In this document: positions 14,582 through 24,613 of the stretch, one piece after another | How the letters are laid out: every line of letters starts with the position of its first letter | Numbering within the stretch: position 1 is the first letter of the stretch | IMG/VR virus record: IMGVR_UViG_3300032238_001058 | Location: 1-64,000 of that record | DNA: 64,000 nt | From: a virus | Strand: one strand, 5' to 3' | The notes under the pieces: generated by a model | What the model saw: only the letters and a program-made list of their open reading frames with translations | What the model was told of the DNA's origin: nothing | The model's database searches: none | Translations under genes and position numbers: made by a program

Positions 14582-17575
14582 ATGGCGCTGGCACCTGCAG
14601 ATTTTGCCGCATACAGTCGGGCTACTGGCGCCCCATACCCCGAAGATTCCGAAGAAATGGCGCAAATGGCTCCTGCTGTAGCCGAATTTCGCCGTAATCA
14701 ACTCAAAGCTCCACGTCAGGAGTCAAATCCCCTTGCTGCCCTTGGTGCTGCTGCCCTTGGTGCTGGTGCATTAGCTGGTGCGTTCTTTGGTGCTCGTCAT
14801 TTACTCAAGGCTCCACAAGAAGTTAGGCAGGCGGGCCGTAAATTAACTGATTTACCCAGTGCTGAAGCAGCTCTTAACACTGCTGCACGCTACAAACCAG
14901 CAGATGCCACGCCACCCCCCTCAAAACCTGCAATTCCCCAGGCAACGGTTGATCTTGCAGAATTACAAAAACCTAAAGAACCAGCAACTTTATTAGGATT
15001 TTTGCAAGATGTGCAAGAGCAAGAAAATTTCCGTGGTATTCCACGTCCTGCAACTCAGTATCGCCCTGGTAGTATTGCAGACCGTGTTACAAAAGAGCAA
15101 CAACAACGTGTTCAATCTGAAGTAGATGGTAATAATCCTGAAACTCAAACATACGTTTCAAAACTCAATGAACGTCGTCAAGTACGTGCAGCTCAAGCAC
15201 AAGAACTTGCGGATAAAGTTAAAAATGCTTTAATTTCTGGCGGCGAACAACAAGCATATGATTTATCAACTCCACAAATAGATGCAGTGGGTTCAACTGC
15301 AGCTTCTGCTTTTGCCGAGGCTAAAGAACGTGAGCAGCAACGTAAACCAGCACCAGTCACTAAAAGCTGGCAAGACAAATTATTTGATGAACGAGGCATG
15401 CTTCGTTCAGATGTAATTGCAATGCACCTTGGAGATGAAAATGTAATTCCCAAAAACATTGCTGAAGAATTAATTGCCAGCGCTGAGGTTGACCGCCGTG
15501 GAAACATATTAGGTTTTACTAACTCTCCTGCAATTTTCCAAGCAACTAAACATGTTCGCGAAAATCTGCTTGCCCATGATTATCAAAACTCTATTAAAAA
15601 CTATCTAGCAGGTGAAGAACCTGGAGACCTGCAAGCTGCACAGAGTCGTGGGTACGGTTGGTCTGCAAAAAGCACAGCTCCCACTGATGTAATTACAGTT
15701 CAAACAAATGAAGGGGAAACTCCAAAAATTTCAGTAGCACGTCGTTCTTCTGCTAAATATGATATCAGTGATTTAGAGCCTTTATTTTTAGATCCAGAAA
15801 CAAAAACTTTAGTACGTAAAGCTGACATTGGTTCAAGTGGAACACCAGATGCTGAATCTGGTACTGGTATTGGAGAAGAAATTGGACAAGCTGTTGCTTT
15901 TGTTCCAAGGGAAGAATTAAGTTCTTTTGTATCTACACCTGGTGTTTCTGGTTCTGGCACTGAGCAGTATAAAAATCAAGGCGCAGGATATGCCATTGGG
16001 GGTGTAAAAGAATTTGGTGGTTCTAGTGGCGCTGGCTACAAAGCACAAGATCCTTCGCTTCCCGTACTTTCTGTAGATGAACATATTTCCAATAAAAATA
16101 TTGGAGTAAGTTCTAATGGAAACTTATACGCAAAAGTAAAACCTATTGCATTAACTGGTGATCCGCGTTTATCCAAACGTCTTAATCAAGATTACGGAAA
16201 TACTTTCTATCGGCACCCAGTTACCAATAAACCCTGGAACTCAGCAGAAGAAGCTGCTGCATTTATTAACCAAGTTCACGAGCAATTCAATGAAAATCAA
16301 CTGGCTAAAATTCAATCTCAAATGGAAACCAAAGAGCTATACCGTGGTCCCATGGAAGCCGCATTAGTCGGCCGTGATCCTGAAGGCAGGCAAAGGAAAA
16401 CCTGGTTAGATCCATATCAAAAACTTTCAGATATTGGGGAAGCAACTTTGTCTTCACAAATTCAAAGTATGTTGCTGCAAAAAGGTGTTATACAAGAAGC
16501 ACAAACAGAAGAAGGTGGTAAATACTTAAGGCAAACCCGTTATTCAGTGCCGGATGTTATTGATGGGAACGAGACCAAAGCCTGGGTACTTGGCCCTGAA
16601 CACAGTGGTGTTTTTCCTACAACAACAGATCAAGGAAAACGGAATCACTATGAATATTTACAAGCAGTTCAGAAGGCATACCAAGAAATCACAGGTAATG
16701 CATTGGCTGATATTGACGTTGCATTGACGCTTCGCCAACAAAAAGTAGGCCCATACCTTGGCGGTCCCAATAGCAATCCTTACCTAAACAAAGCTTTAAC
16801 TGTTGCCAACACTTTGACTCAAGTTGCTGAACCAACTAGACAACGCGCCCTGGAGCCAGGCTCTAACGAAGGTTTAGGCGAGCGATATGGTTTAGGTGCA
16901 ACTGTTTCCGCACGTCCGTCACGTACAATCCCCAGCAGGCAAAAAACTGTTCCGTTAGTTTCTGCGTCTTTTGAACCTGTTTATGAGTGGAATGAAGAAA
17001 AAGGAATGATGGAGTACCTTGGTGAGCAAGCCAAATACTCAACAACAACAAAAGAACTTCACCCCAGTGAGATCGGTGGTAAACGCCTTGCCGCTGCCCT
17101 TGTTGATTACCGTGAACGCTCTGGTCGTCCAATGCGCCGTACTGATTTCCTTCAGTTTGCATCATCTATTGCACAACAGGAAGGAGCGGATATTAATGAT
17201 GTAATTAAACAAGCATCTGCTTTCTCCCGTGGAGCAGGACAACAAGCTGTTATTGGTAGGACAATGCAACAAGGTAGGCGCGGATTGTCTGCCATGGATC
17301 GCCTGTCTCCTGCAGAAGAAGTTGCACAAACAGTAGCCGAATATGATTTTGGTGAAACCATTGGATCTGATATTGAGGAATTAACACAAAGGTCTCAGAT
17401 GCCTCGCCCCTTTGATAAAGAATTAGCAGCACGCCAAAGCCAACGTGCTAAAGTAGAGCCAATGGGATCAACGGAAACGTTTGGAGTTAATGAACAGATG
17501 CTTTCTGGCTTGATGGGTAAATTAAGAGCGCAAGCTGATCGCCGTGCAGGCAAACATCGCAATCGTTACTCATGA
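14582..17575 (+). CDS. large hypothetical protein, probably virion/ejected protein
   Basis: 997 aa; N-terminal Gly/Ala hydrophobic helix; first gene of late module. Confidence 0.75.
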   Translation: MALAPADFAAYSRATGAPYPEDSEEMAQMAPAVAEFRRNQLKAPRQESNPLAALGAAALGAGALAGAFFGARHLLKAPQEVRQAGRKLTDLPSAEAALNTAARYKPADATPPPSKPAIPQATVDLAELQKPKEPATLLGFLQDVQEQENFRGIPRPATQYRPGSIADRVTKEQQQRVQSEVDGNNPETQTYVSKLNERRQVRAAQAQELADKVKNALISGGEQQAYDLSTPQIDAVGSTAASAFAEAKEREQQRKPAPVTKSWQDKLFDERGMLRSDVIAMHLGDENVIPKNIAEELIASAEVDRRGNILGFTNSPAIFQATKHVRENLLAHDYQNSIKNYLAGEEPGDLQAAQSRGYGWSAKSTAPTDVITVQTNEGETPKISVARRSSAKYDISDLEPLFLDPETKTLVRKADIGSSGTPDAESGTGIGEEIGQAVAFVPREELSSFVSTPGVSGSGTEQYKNQGAGYAIGGVKEFGGSSGAGYKAQDPSLPVLSVDEHISNKNIGVSSNGNLYAKVKPIALTGDPRLSKRLNQDYGNTFYRHPVTNKPWNSAEEAAAFINQVHEQFNENQLAKIQSQMETKELYRGPMEAALVGRDPEGRQRKTWLDPYQKLSDIGEATLSSQIQSMLLQKGVIQEAQTEEGGKYLRQTRYSVPDVIDGNETKAWVLGPEHSGVFPTTTDQGKRNHYEYLQAVQKAYQEITGNALADIDVALTLRQQKVGPYLGGPNSNPYLNKALTVANTLTQVAEPTRQRALEPGSNEGLGERYGLGATVSARPSRTIPSRQKTVPLVSASFEPVYEWNEEKGMMEYLGEQAKYSTTTKELHPSEIGGKRLAAALVDYRERSGRPMRRTDFLQFASSIAQQEGADINDVIKQASAFSRGAGQQAVIGRTMQQGRRGLSAMDRLSPAEEVAQTVAEYDFGETIGSDIEELTQRSQMPRPFDKELAARQSQRAKVEPMGSTETFGVNEQMLSGLMGKLRAQADRRAGKHRNRYS

Positions 17576-17787
17576 CTAAAGAAAAAAAGAAAGACAAAGA
17601 ATGGATTCAAGGTGCCGACATCAAAGAAGGTGCCTTTACTGCCAAAGCCAAACGCAAAGGTATTACCTCTGCTCAGCTTCAAGAAAACGTACTGTCTGAC
17701 CCAGATAAGTACGATGAAAAAACAGTTAAGCAGGCAAGGCTTCGCCAAACCTTGGTAGGATTAAAACAAAAGAAGAATAAAAAGTAA
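17572..17787 (+). CDS. small basic phage protein
   Basis: WIQ....K.GAFT.KAK...KQARL..TL motif. Confidence 0.75.
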   Translation: MTKEKKKDKEWIQGADIKEGAFTAKAKRKGITSAQLQENVLSDPDKYDEKTVKQARLRQTLVGLKQKKNKK

Positions 17788-18383
17788 TGGCTAAAGATCA
17801 TCGGCTGGCGTTAGACCGTTACATTAATTACGCTCAAGATCCGTTTATTAAACAACGTAAGCTTAATTTTGACGATTCATTTCTATCTAAAGCGTCCAGC
17901 GGAACAGCTCCCTGGACCCCCAGTAGATTTGATGAGTCTGATTTGTTGCGGCGTATTCAAACACGTAAGTTACAACTCAACCCAACGCTTAACTTTGTTG
18001 GAGACACACCTGAAGAATATGAGGTGTTTGCCCATATTGGTAGGTTTACCCGCAAAGAAGGATATGATTTTTCAGAGGGCCGTGCTAAAACTGCTTTGCG
18101 TCCCGAAGACCAACCTGGATTCTCTCCTATATGGGTAGAAGCTTACCGCATTAGTCCTACCGTTAAACCGGAAAAACGTGCGTCTAACCCAATGCCTCGC
18201 ATGAGCAACCCTGATCCCAAGGGTTACATGATGGCAGCAGCAGAAAAACGTGCAGAGAACGAAGTGAAAGGTAGCAAGTCGGTTGCACAGCTCTTGAGTT
18301 CTTCTAAAGAACCACCTAAAGAATTGACCAAAAAATCTACTGATAAAAAAGGAGAAGTTATTGAAGATCCAGAAATCGCCTAG
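17787..18383 (+). CDS. hypothetical protein
   Basis: ORF coupled by TAATG. Confidence 0.75.
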   Translation: MAKDHRLALDRYINYAQDPFIKQRKLNFDDSFLSKASSGTAPWTPSRFDESDLLRRIQTRKLQLNPTLNFVGDTPEEYEVFAHIGRFTRKEGYDFSEGRAKTALRPEDQPGFSPIWVEAYRISPTVKPEKRASNPMPRMSNPDPKGYMMAAAEKRAENEVKGSKSVAQLLSSSKEPPKELTKKSTDKKGEVIEDPEIA

Positions 18384-18412
18384 GTTTATAATGAAAACAA
18401 AAGGATAGATAA

Positions 18413-18952
18413 GTGTCATTCCAGCGGCTGTTAAATTTTGTTGGACGTAACGCAAAAGATGTCGTTAAGTCTGTGCTACCTGGTGCCACTCTTTCTGCTG
18501 GTTTTGGTTTGCTTGAAAGCCCACAGGCTGCAGCAGCGTACGGACTTAGTGATATTGCGTTATCTGTACCAACCACGCTTGCCGCACGTGGCCTTGGCTC
18601 CAGGATCACTAAACCAGTTCTTGGTGTCAAACCAGAACATCTTAGAACTGGCATAGAACATGCTGCAAATATTGGATCCCAACTTGGATCCACCATGGTA
18701 GCAGGTAATTTACTTTATGGTGGACAACAAGCAACATCTCCAATGATGTTACAAGAGCAGCAAACAATGCAACGAGCTGCTATTAATAATCTTCAAGAAC
18801 AACTGGTTTCCCCTGGTACTCAATTTCAAATGACAGGGTTGCCTTCACCAGAGCATTTTCAACAGTTGCTTAATCAAAAAAATAATTGGGCCCAGGATTT
18901 ACCAATTGAGGACCAACTATTACTTCAACAGGTACAGAGGCCAATCGGATGA
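18413..18952 (+). CDS. hypothetical virion protein
   Basis: GTG start downstream of TATAAT. Confidence 0.7.
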   Translation: MSFQRLLNFVGRNAKDVVKSVLPGATLSAGFGLLESPQAAAAYGLSDIALSVPTTLAARGLGSRITKPVLGVKPEHLRTGIEHAANIGSQLGSTMVAGNLLYGGQQATSPMMLQEQQTMQRAAINNLQEQLVSPGTQFQMTGLPSPEHFQQLLNQKNNWAQDLPIEDQLLLQQVQRPIG

Positions 18953-19830
18953 ATAAACTACAGCAAGGTTATCAAACAGCCGAAAGGCTGATGAAAGAAC
19001 CAGACAGTTACAACCTGTCTATTGGCTCACCAACTTTTAAAAAACGTTTAGCTTTAGAAAAAATTACATTTAGACAAGCACCTCAAGAATTTATTGGTGC
19101 TTATACAGCGCGTCTACTTGCTGATGTAACGAATGACGGTACTAGAACGCTTTGGTGGCGTTACAATCATCCTGAAGCAATTAAACAACAAACAGCACTA
19201 ACGGCCCTTGGAACAGAAGTCGCAAAAGAATTTGGCCCCATTAAAACAGGCCTTGCTCTTGCGGCAGCACTTGCGCCTTCTGCTGCGTTAACTGGTGCTT
19301 ATGACATCACAAATATCGGGCAACAGTTTAGGCCTGAGGGTTTTGCTCAAAGGTACGCAGAAGAAGGTTCAGAAGACCGTAGAGAATCTACTCAACCAGG
19401 GCTTGAATTATTTGAGCGCATGTTCTTGGGACGTTCTGGTGGCCCATTAAAATACGCAACTGCCAAAGCAGAAATTCCTAGCCTGACTCCAGAGCGTTAT
19501 GGTAACTACATGAGAACGTATTACCAAGACCCTGGTTTACTTGGTGTACTTAAAGCCACACCCGAGAATTTGCAAGGTTACCCAGAAGCACGTCTGCTTG
19601 GCTTCCCAATTACTATCCCGTCAACTACTGCAGCATTAGGTGGTATTGCAGGCATGGCAGCTGGCGCTCGCATTGGTGGGCCTAAGGGTCGCGCAAGGAG
19701 AACGGTAGCTACTGCACTTGCAGGATCTCTCAGTGGGGCATTGACCGGAAATGTTATTAACGAAGTAATTGCTACTGCTAATCGTCCAAAATTACCGACG
19801 ATCGGAGAATACACGCAAGACATGCAATGA
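18949..19830 (+). CDS. hypothetical virion/membrane protein
   Basis: Gly/Ala hydrophobic helices. Confidence 0.75.
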   Translation: MNKLQQGYQTAERLMKEPDSYNLSIGSPTFKKRLALEKITFRQAPQEFIGAYTARLLADVTNDGTRTLWWRYNHPEAIKQQTALTALGTEVAKEFGPIKTGLALAAALAPSAALTGAYDITNIGQQFRPEGFAQRYAEEGSEDRRESTQPGLELFERMFLGRSGGPLKYATAKAEIPSLTPERYGNYMRTYYQDPGLLGVLKATPENLQGYPEARLLGFPITIPSTTAALGGIAGMAAGARIGGPKGRARRTVATALAGSLSGALTGNVINEVIATANRPKLPTIGEYTQDMQ

Positions 19831-19860
19831 TAGAATTTATAAAAAGGCAACGTTAGTGAA

Positions 19861-20802
19861 GTGAATTATTATTCTGGTTACGGAGTTACTCCAGGAAATG
19901 TTCAGCTCGGTGTTCAAGCCCCCGCAAGCCAATTAACGCCAGAGCAAATAGCTGAAATCAATCGAATTAGAGGCCTTGGTGGCCAACAAAATTTTACTAG
20001 CAACCTGAATATTGGCGGGCCAACAGCTCCTGCGGCGCCAACTTTAGGACAACAAGCTAGTGAAACCTGGGAAAAAGCTAAACAAGGAACAAAAGATGTT
20101 TACCAAAAAAGTAAGCAAGGCGCAAAAAATTTCTTAGCTAATTATCCGCAAGCAGCGGGATATGGCCGTGCAGGCCTTGCTATTGCCGGGGCCCTTCCAG
20201 CAGCTGCTACTGCATTCTCAGAGATTGAAGCTGGCCGTCCTGTAGGAGCACTTGGTGCTCTTGCTCCAGCTGGTTTATCTGCTGCGGGTGCTGCATTACT
20301 TGGCAAAGGTCCCATTGGCACTGCAGTCGGTGTCGGCCTCATGGGACTTGGCGCAATTCTCCCTGGCGCTGCTGCGTCAGGTGCTGAGTCTGTTCGTCAA
20401 AAAGTAACAGGCGATCCCACTAAAGGTAAAGAGGGTGAGTTCAGCACCCAAATGGCAATCAATAAGCAGCTTGCTGAACTTGGTGCAACGCAATACCGCA
20501 ATAACATGGGTGTTTACACCAGTGCAATGCGTGACCTGAGTCGTGATGCTTCCAATCAAGCATATCTTGATTTACAACGGAATCTCCCATTACTCAACCA
20601 GGCAAAAAATGCCGACCTAACCCGTCAGCAAGCATTGCTTAACACTCAAAGCCAGGCTTACATGCAGCAAGGTGTTGTTGCAACTGCTGGTGCCCTGGCA
20701 CAAGGTCAACAAGCTGGTAGTTTTAACCTGGCACAGAGTTATTTGCAGAACAATCCATATGCCAACTCTGTGATGCAGGCTCCTCAAATTCGTTTTGGTT
20801 GA
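19861..20802 (+). CDS. putative internal virion/ejection protein
   Basis: glycine-zipper-like stretch plus Q/A-rich helical region. Confidence 0.7.
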   Translation: MNYYSGYGVTPGNVQLGVQAPASQLTPEQIAEINRIRGLGGQQNFTSNLNIGGPTAPAAPTLGQQASETWEKAKQGTKDVYQKSKQGAKNFLANYPQAAGYGRAGLAIAGALPAAATAFSEIEAGRPVGALGALAPAGLSAAGAALLGKGPIGTAVGVGLMGLGAILPGAAASGAESVRQKVTGDPTKGKEGEFSTQMAINKQLAELGATQYRNNMGVYTSAMRDLSRDASNQAYLDLQRNLPLLNQAKNADLTRQQALLNTQSQAYMQQGVVATAGALAQGQQAGSFNLAQSYLQNNPYANSVMQAPQIRFG

Positions 20803-20808
20803 TAGATT

Positions 20809-21243
20809 ATGGCATACACTTGGGGTGACACAAGCCAGCTGGGTGCAATTCAAGGGACTCAAACCATGCCAATTGCTGGTGGATTCATGGATCAATTAGG
20901 TTCTGTATTTAATAGCATCCCTTCCAATTTGCCGGAAGACTACAAAGGTTTAGCGGCATTTGGCGGCATGCAAAATCTTTTTGCACAGCAGAATAATGAG
21001 AGCAATCGTCAATTCATTCGTGAAATGTTTGCTGCTCAAAAAGAAGCTGCAAAAGAAGCAAATGAAATGGGTATTCGCAACCAAGTGATTGGTTCATTCC
21101 TTAAAGATGTACCTGCAGCACTTGGTCGTGCAGCTGGCGCACGCAACGATTATTTACCACAACAAGTTGAAATTGCAGGCCGTTCCATGCAAATGGGGGG
21201 CCCTGGATTTACTCCCAGAAACTACTATGGTTTTGTCGGGTAA
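20809..21243 (+). CDS. hypothetical virion protein
   Basis: ORF in operon. Confidence 0.7.
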   Translation: MAYTWGDTSQLGAIQGTQTMPIAGGFMDQLGSVFNSIPSNLPEDYKGLAAFGGMQNLFAQQNNESNRQFIREMFAAQKEAAKEANEMGIRNQVIGSFLKDVPAALGRAAGARNDYLPQQVEIAGRSMQMGGPGFTPRNYYGFVG

Positions 21244-21268
21244 AATAAAAGAAATATAGGTAATAAAT

Positions 21269-21664
21269 ATGATTCCTTTCTCATCAGCAATGTCGATGCC
21301 TCTACTTGCTGGAGGAGGAGGTGGAGCAGCAGGTGGAATGGCAGCCTTTGGTCCCTTAGGATTGGCTGCTGCTGGCCTTCAAGCAGGTGCATCAGTCTTT
21401 GGTGCCACACAAGCCAGAGCGGGTGCTCAAGACGCCATCAGAGCAGCAGAAGAAGGTAAAGCTCGTGATTGGGGCATGAATATGTTCATGCTAGATCGTG
21501 ATAAAGCAAAACAAATGGAAGCCCTTCGTGAAGGGTTGGGTGTTATGCAAAGTCCTTTATTCCAACAGAATAAAGCTCAAGAATATGGAAGAGCTTTTAG
21601 TATGGCCGGTAAATACTTTAATCCATATACTGCGGGCACTGCAATCAGGATGTTTGGCAGTTGA
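21269..21664 (+). CDS. putative internal virion protein
   Basis: GPLGLAAAGLQAGASVFGA.QA resembles ejection-protein N-termini. Confidence 0.65.
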   Translation: MIPFSSAMSMPLLAGGGGGAAGGMAAFGPLGLAAAGLQAGASVFGATQARAGAQDAIRAAEEGKARDWGMNMFMLDRDKAKQMEALREGLGVMQSPLFQQNKAQEYGRAFSMAGKYFNPYTAGTAIRMFGS

Positions 21665-21698
21665 TGCTTCTGTTGTAAAATTGATATAACGCAAGGTT

Positions 21699-22274
21699 TT
21701 GAGTATGGGTATTTCATTAGCGGGGGTAGCGCCAAGTCAAGGTGTTGATACTGGTTTAAGTATCTTTGAACAATATCCTGCTGCCTCATCTAGGTTAAAA
21801 AAAGGTGAGATCAAGAGTATTAAAAGGTATGCTCGTACCCTTAGTGAAACCAGCCCCAGTGATGCAGCTTCTTATTTAGCTCAAACTAGAGGTTATACCA
21901 ACTGGCGTCCAGAATCGTTTATTGCTAAACTCGGCTCTCAACCTGTTGATTACAATAAATACAGGGACCTTGGCGCGTCAGCTTTCCAAGATTTCTTGGG
22001 ACGCCAAATGTCTGATGCGGAGTGGAATCAAACTTCTAGCCTGGCAAAAACAAAAGGCATCAAAGATCCTGCTGCATTTGATGCCTTTTTAAGTCAACGA
22101 ATTGCATCGACTCCAGAAGGTCAAGCCAAGATGAAAACAGAAGCTGATATTGCGTGGGAATCACAGTATGGCACCATGCCACGTGATGCGCAGGGTAACT
22201 TGATTCGTGGTCAAGTACATTTTAATCCTGCTGCTGTTCGTAGCATGGCCAACACCATGCTTGGCATAGCTTAA
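21699..22274 (+). CDS. hypothetical protein
   Basis: ORF. Confidence 0.7.
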   Translation: MSMGISLAGVAPSQGVDTGLSIFEQYPAASSRLKKGEIKSIKRYARTLSETSPSDAASYLAQTRGYTNWRPESFIAKLGSQPVDYNKYRDLGASAFQDFLGRQMSDAEWNQTSSLAKTKGIKDPAAFDAFLSQRIASTPEGQAKMKTEADIAWESQYGTMPRDAQGNLIRGQVHFNPAAVRSMANTMLGIA

Positions 22275-22298
22275 AATAAAACAAAGTAGATAAATAAA

Positions 22299-22922
22299 AT
22301 GGCAACTGCAAAGCAGCTAATTCAAAACGCAGGCAAGAATCTTAGCGCAAGCGAAGTAAAAAGTATTGCTGAAAAAACAGGCCTTACGCCTGCAAGTATT
22401 GTTGCAAGGGCGGAACAGGCTAATGTAAATGTTCGGCCATCTGCCCAAACTTTTGTACAACAAGCTGTTCAAGCGCAGACTGCTGCAGCAGAAACAAGAG
22501 CTACAGCCGCAGCTAATCCTGGTACAACACCAACATTTAGTTACAGCCCGCAGGGCAATATTGCTTCTGTAACTTACACTCCTATTACACCTCCTAGCGG
22601 AGGTGGTGGAGGCGGCGGAGGCGGAGGTGGTGGGGGTACTTCCGATGCTCCAGCAACGCCTGTTACACCAACAACCCCTGCTGCTCCAGCTGCTTCTACA
22701 TCAAGCCTTACTGACGTTAATTCAGCAAATGAACTAACTCGCAGTTTAATTGAAGAGCGAATTAAAAGATTTGAAATAGAAAACAAAATTCCTCAGATTC
22801 AAGCAGAGTCTCAAGGTAAAATTGACCTACAAAAAATCATTAATTCCGGATATAAGCAGATTTCTCAAATTGAACGTGTGCCTAAGATGATGTCCAATAT
22901 TACTACTATGTTTAATTTTTAA
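22299..22922 (+). CDS. hypothetical protein with poly-Gly/Pro-Thr linker
   Basis: ORF. Confidence 0.7.
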   Translation: MATAKQLIQNAGKNLSASEVKSIAEKTGLTPASIVARAEQANVNVRPSAQTFVQQAVQAQTAAAETRATAAANPGTTPTFSYSPQGNIASVTYTPITPPSGGGGGGGGGGGGGTSDAPATPVTPTTPAAPAASTSSLTDVNSANELTRSLIEERIKRFEIENKIPQIQAESQGKIDLQKIINSGYKQISQIERVPKMMSNITTMFNF

Positions 22923-22963
22923 GCTGAACGTACTAAAATTAAGCAGTAGAGTTTTATTAACAA

Positions 22964-23242
22964 ATGTCTTACAGTATTCCGGGTTCTGCCTACAACCGTT
23001 CTGGTGCAACCAAGGCACAGCTTGTGGCTGCTGGCATGAGCGAAACTGAAGCCCAGCAACTGTTGGATCAGCAGCAGGAACGTGAGTATGGCGGTGGCAT
23101 GTCCAAGGCTGAACTTCAAGATTTTGATACCCTGATCAATCGTCTTGAAGGTTCTAAAATGCGTCAGGCTGCACAAACCAACCGTGCACGTCAACGTGAT
23201 ACCATGGCTGCAGGTCTCGCTGGTATGATGGGTAACTTCTGA
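22964..23242 (+). CDS. hypothetical protein
   Basis: ORF. Confidence 0.7.
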   Translation: MSYSIPGSAYNRSGATKAQLVAAGMSETEAQQLLDQQQEREYGGGMSKAELQDFDTLINRLEGSKMRQAAQTNRARQRDTMAAGLAGMMGNF

Positions 23243-23263
23243 TCTGCTTAATGTTTCCCGGTA

Positions 23264-23437
23264 ATGTCTGAAACAGATTCCGACACTAACGAAAGTTTTG
23301 ATCTTGCACGTTACCGGCAAGCTGCTGATGTAGCATATCGCTATGCAAAAGATAAAGTAGAAAAAGAAGACTCACCTGCCGCATCAAAAAAAGAAGATGC
23401 CTTTGGTAAAGAAGGCAAACAAGGTATGACATCATGA
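23264..23437 (+). CDS. 57-aa hypothetical protein (below ORF-track cutoff)
   Basis: MSETDSDTNESFDLARYRQAADVAYRYAK...; ATGA coupling to next gene. Confidence 0.6.
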   Translation: MSETDSDTNESFDLARYRQAADVAYRYAKDKVEKEDSPAASKKEDAFGKEGKQGMTS

Positions 23438-23724
23438 CCGACTCCGCCTCCGCATTTGATTGGGAGAATCCAAAGAACCCAGATCCGTATGATTTGTTGT
23501 TTGACGAGGACCAGGCCCGTAAAGCCGCGTCTGCAGTCAAGATCTTTCAGGATGTTTCCGTTGGATCTTCTAAAGAAAAAATGAAAGAGGCAGGTGAGCA
23601 AGAACGTGCATCCATCGGAAAAACAAGTGAAGAGCAAAGAACTTCTGCAGAGCAAGCCCAGCGTTTCGCTCAAAGCGACGAAGACCGAGATTACGCCCAA
23701 GCCCAAAGAGCATATCGATATTGA
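23434..23724 (+). CDS. hypothetical protein
   Basis: ORF. Confidence 0.7.
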   Translation: MTDSASAFDWENPKNPDPYDLLFDEDQARKAASAVKIFQDVSVGSSKEKMKEAGEQERASIGKTSEEQRTSAEQAQRFAQSDEDRDYAQAQRAYRY

Positions 23725-24211
23725 TATCTTTGAGCAATGGGTTGATAATTTAGATTCACCAACTGAACAAGCTTTCAGAGCGTTCTGTGCAGAAAACTAC
23801 TCCGTTGTTGAGTGTTATTTATATGCACGATTTTTACGGTATAACGGCACCATAATTGGCTGTGACCTTTGGGTCCAACAGAACTATCCTAAGCCTGATC
23901 ACAGGAAAGTTCTGTTGCGTGAAATTGATGAGATGCAAGAAGATATTAGAAAACTACGGAATGATATTGATGACGGCATTGTTAAACGTGATGCTGGTGT
24001 CGCAAGGATTGCAGGAATGCAAAAAGAACTACGTGGCACCATTGTACAAATGAGTCTGTTTACTGCCAACAGGGACCGTAAGGGTTTGTTGATGGCAGGT
24101 GCAGATCGTGCCATACGTGAACTGCTTACTATTTTTAAAGATGATCCCATTGAGATTCCTCTTGAAGAAGCTTCAATGAGTGTGTGGTCCCATATGCAGA
24201 TGGAAGAGTAA
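23594..24211 (+). CDS. hypothetical protein, candidate terminase small subunit (start uncertain)
   Basis: helical/coiled-coil protein shortly upstream of TerL. Confidence 0.55.
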   Translation: MSKNVHPSEKQVKSKELLQSKPSVSLKATKTEITPKPKEHIDIDIFEQWVDNLDSPTEQAFRAFCAENYSVVECYLYARFLRYNGTIIGCDLWVQQNYPKPDHRKVLLREIDEMQEDIRKLRNDIDDGIVKRDAGVARIAGMQKELRGTIVQMSLFTANRDRKGLLMAGADRAIRELLTIFKDDPIEIPLEEASMSVWSHMQMEE

Positions 24212-24229
24212 CCATCTTAGAATAACGCA

Positions 24230-24502
24230 ATGCAGAAACCACCACCGCAACCACCGCAATACGGTGAAAATATAGCTGGTCGATTATTTGATGTTGCTCG
24301 TCAACTTCAAAAAAATCGCGAATCTTATGCTGGTGTACGGCGACCAACACCCCTGGCACAAAAAGTTTCTCAAGGCCAAGAGGTGATGAATGCATTAACC
24401 GAAAAAAAACAAAATGAACAAAGAAAAGGGACCGCTCCAGCTCTTGGGGCACCTGAAGAAAAAGGAAGCGAAGAACAAAGACGGGACCGAAATGTCCGAT
24501 AA
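24230..24502 (+). CDS. hypothetical protein
   Basis: ORF downstream of TAGAAT. Confidence 0.6.
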   Translation: MQKPPPQPPQYGENIAGRLFDVARQLQKNRESYAGVRRPTPLAQKVSQGQEVMNALTEKKQNEQRKGTAPALGAPEEKGSEEQRRDRNVR

Positions 24503-24578
24503 GGAAAAACGAAAAGCAGCCTTAGATAAATCTCGTAAATACAAAGCACAGAATAAAAACAACAACGTTAAAGAATGA
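24414..24578 (+). CDS. 54-aa Lys-rich protein overlapping previous ORF
   Basis: MNKEKGPLQLLGHLKKKEAKNKDGTEMSDKEKRKAALDK... Confidence 0.5.
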   Translation: MNKEKGPLQLLGHLKKKEAKNKDGTEMSDKEKRKAALDKSRKYKAQNKNNNVKE

Positions 24579-24613
24579 AGTAGTATTCAGTAATACACTG
24601 AGTAATACTGATC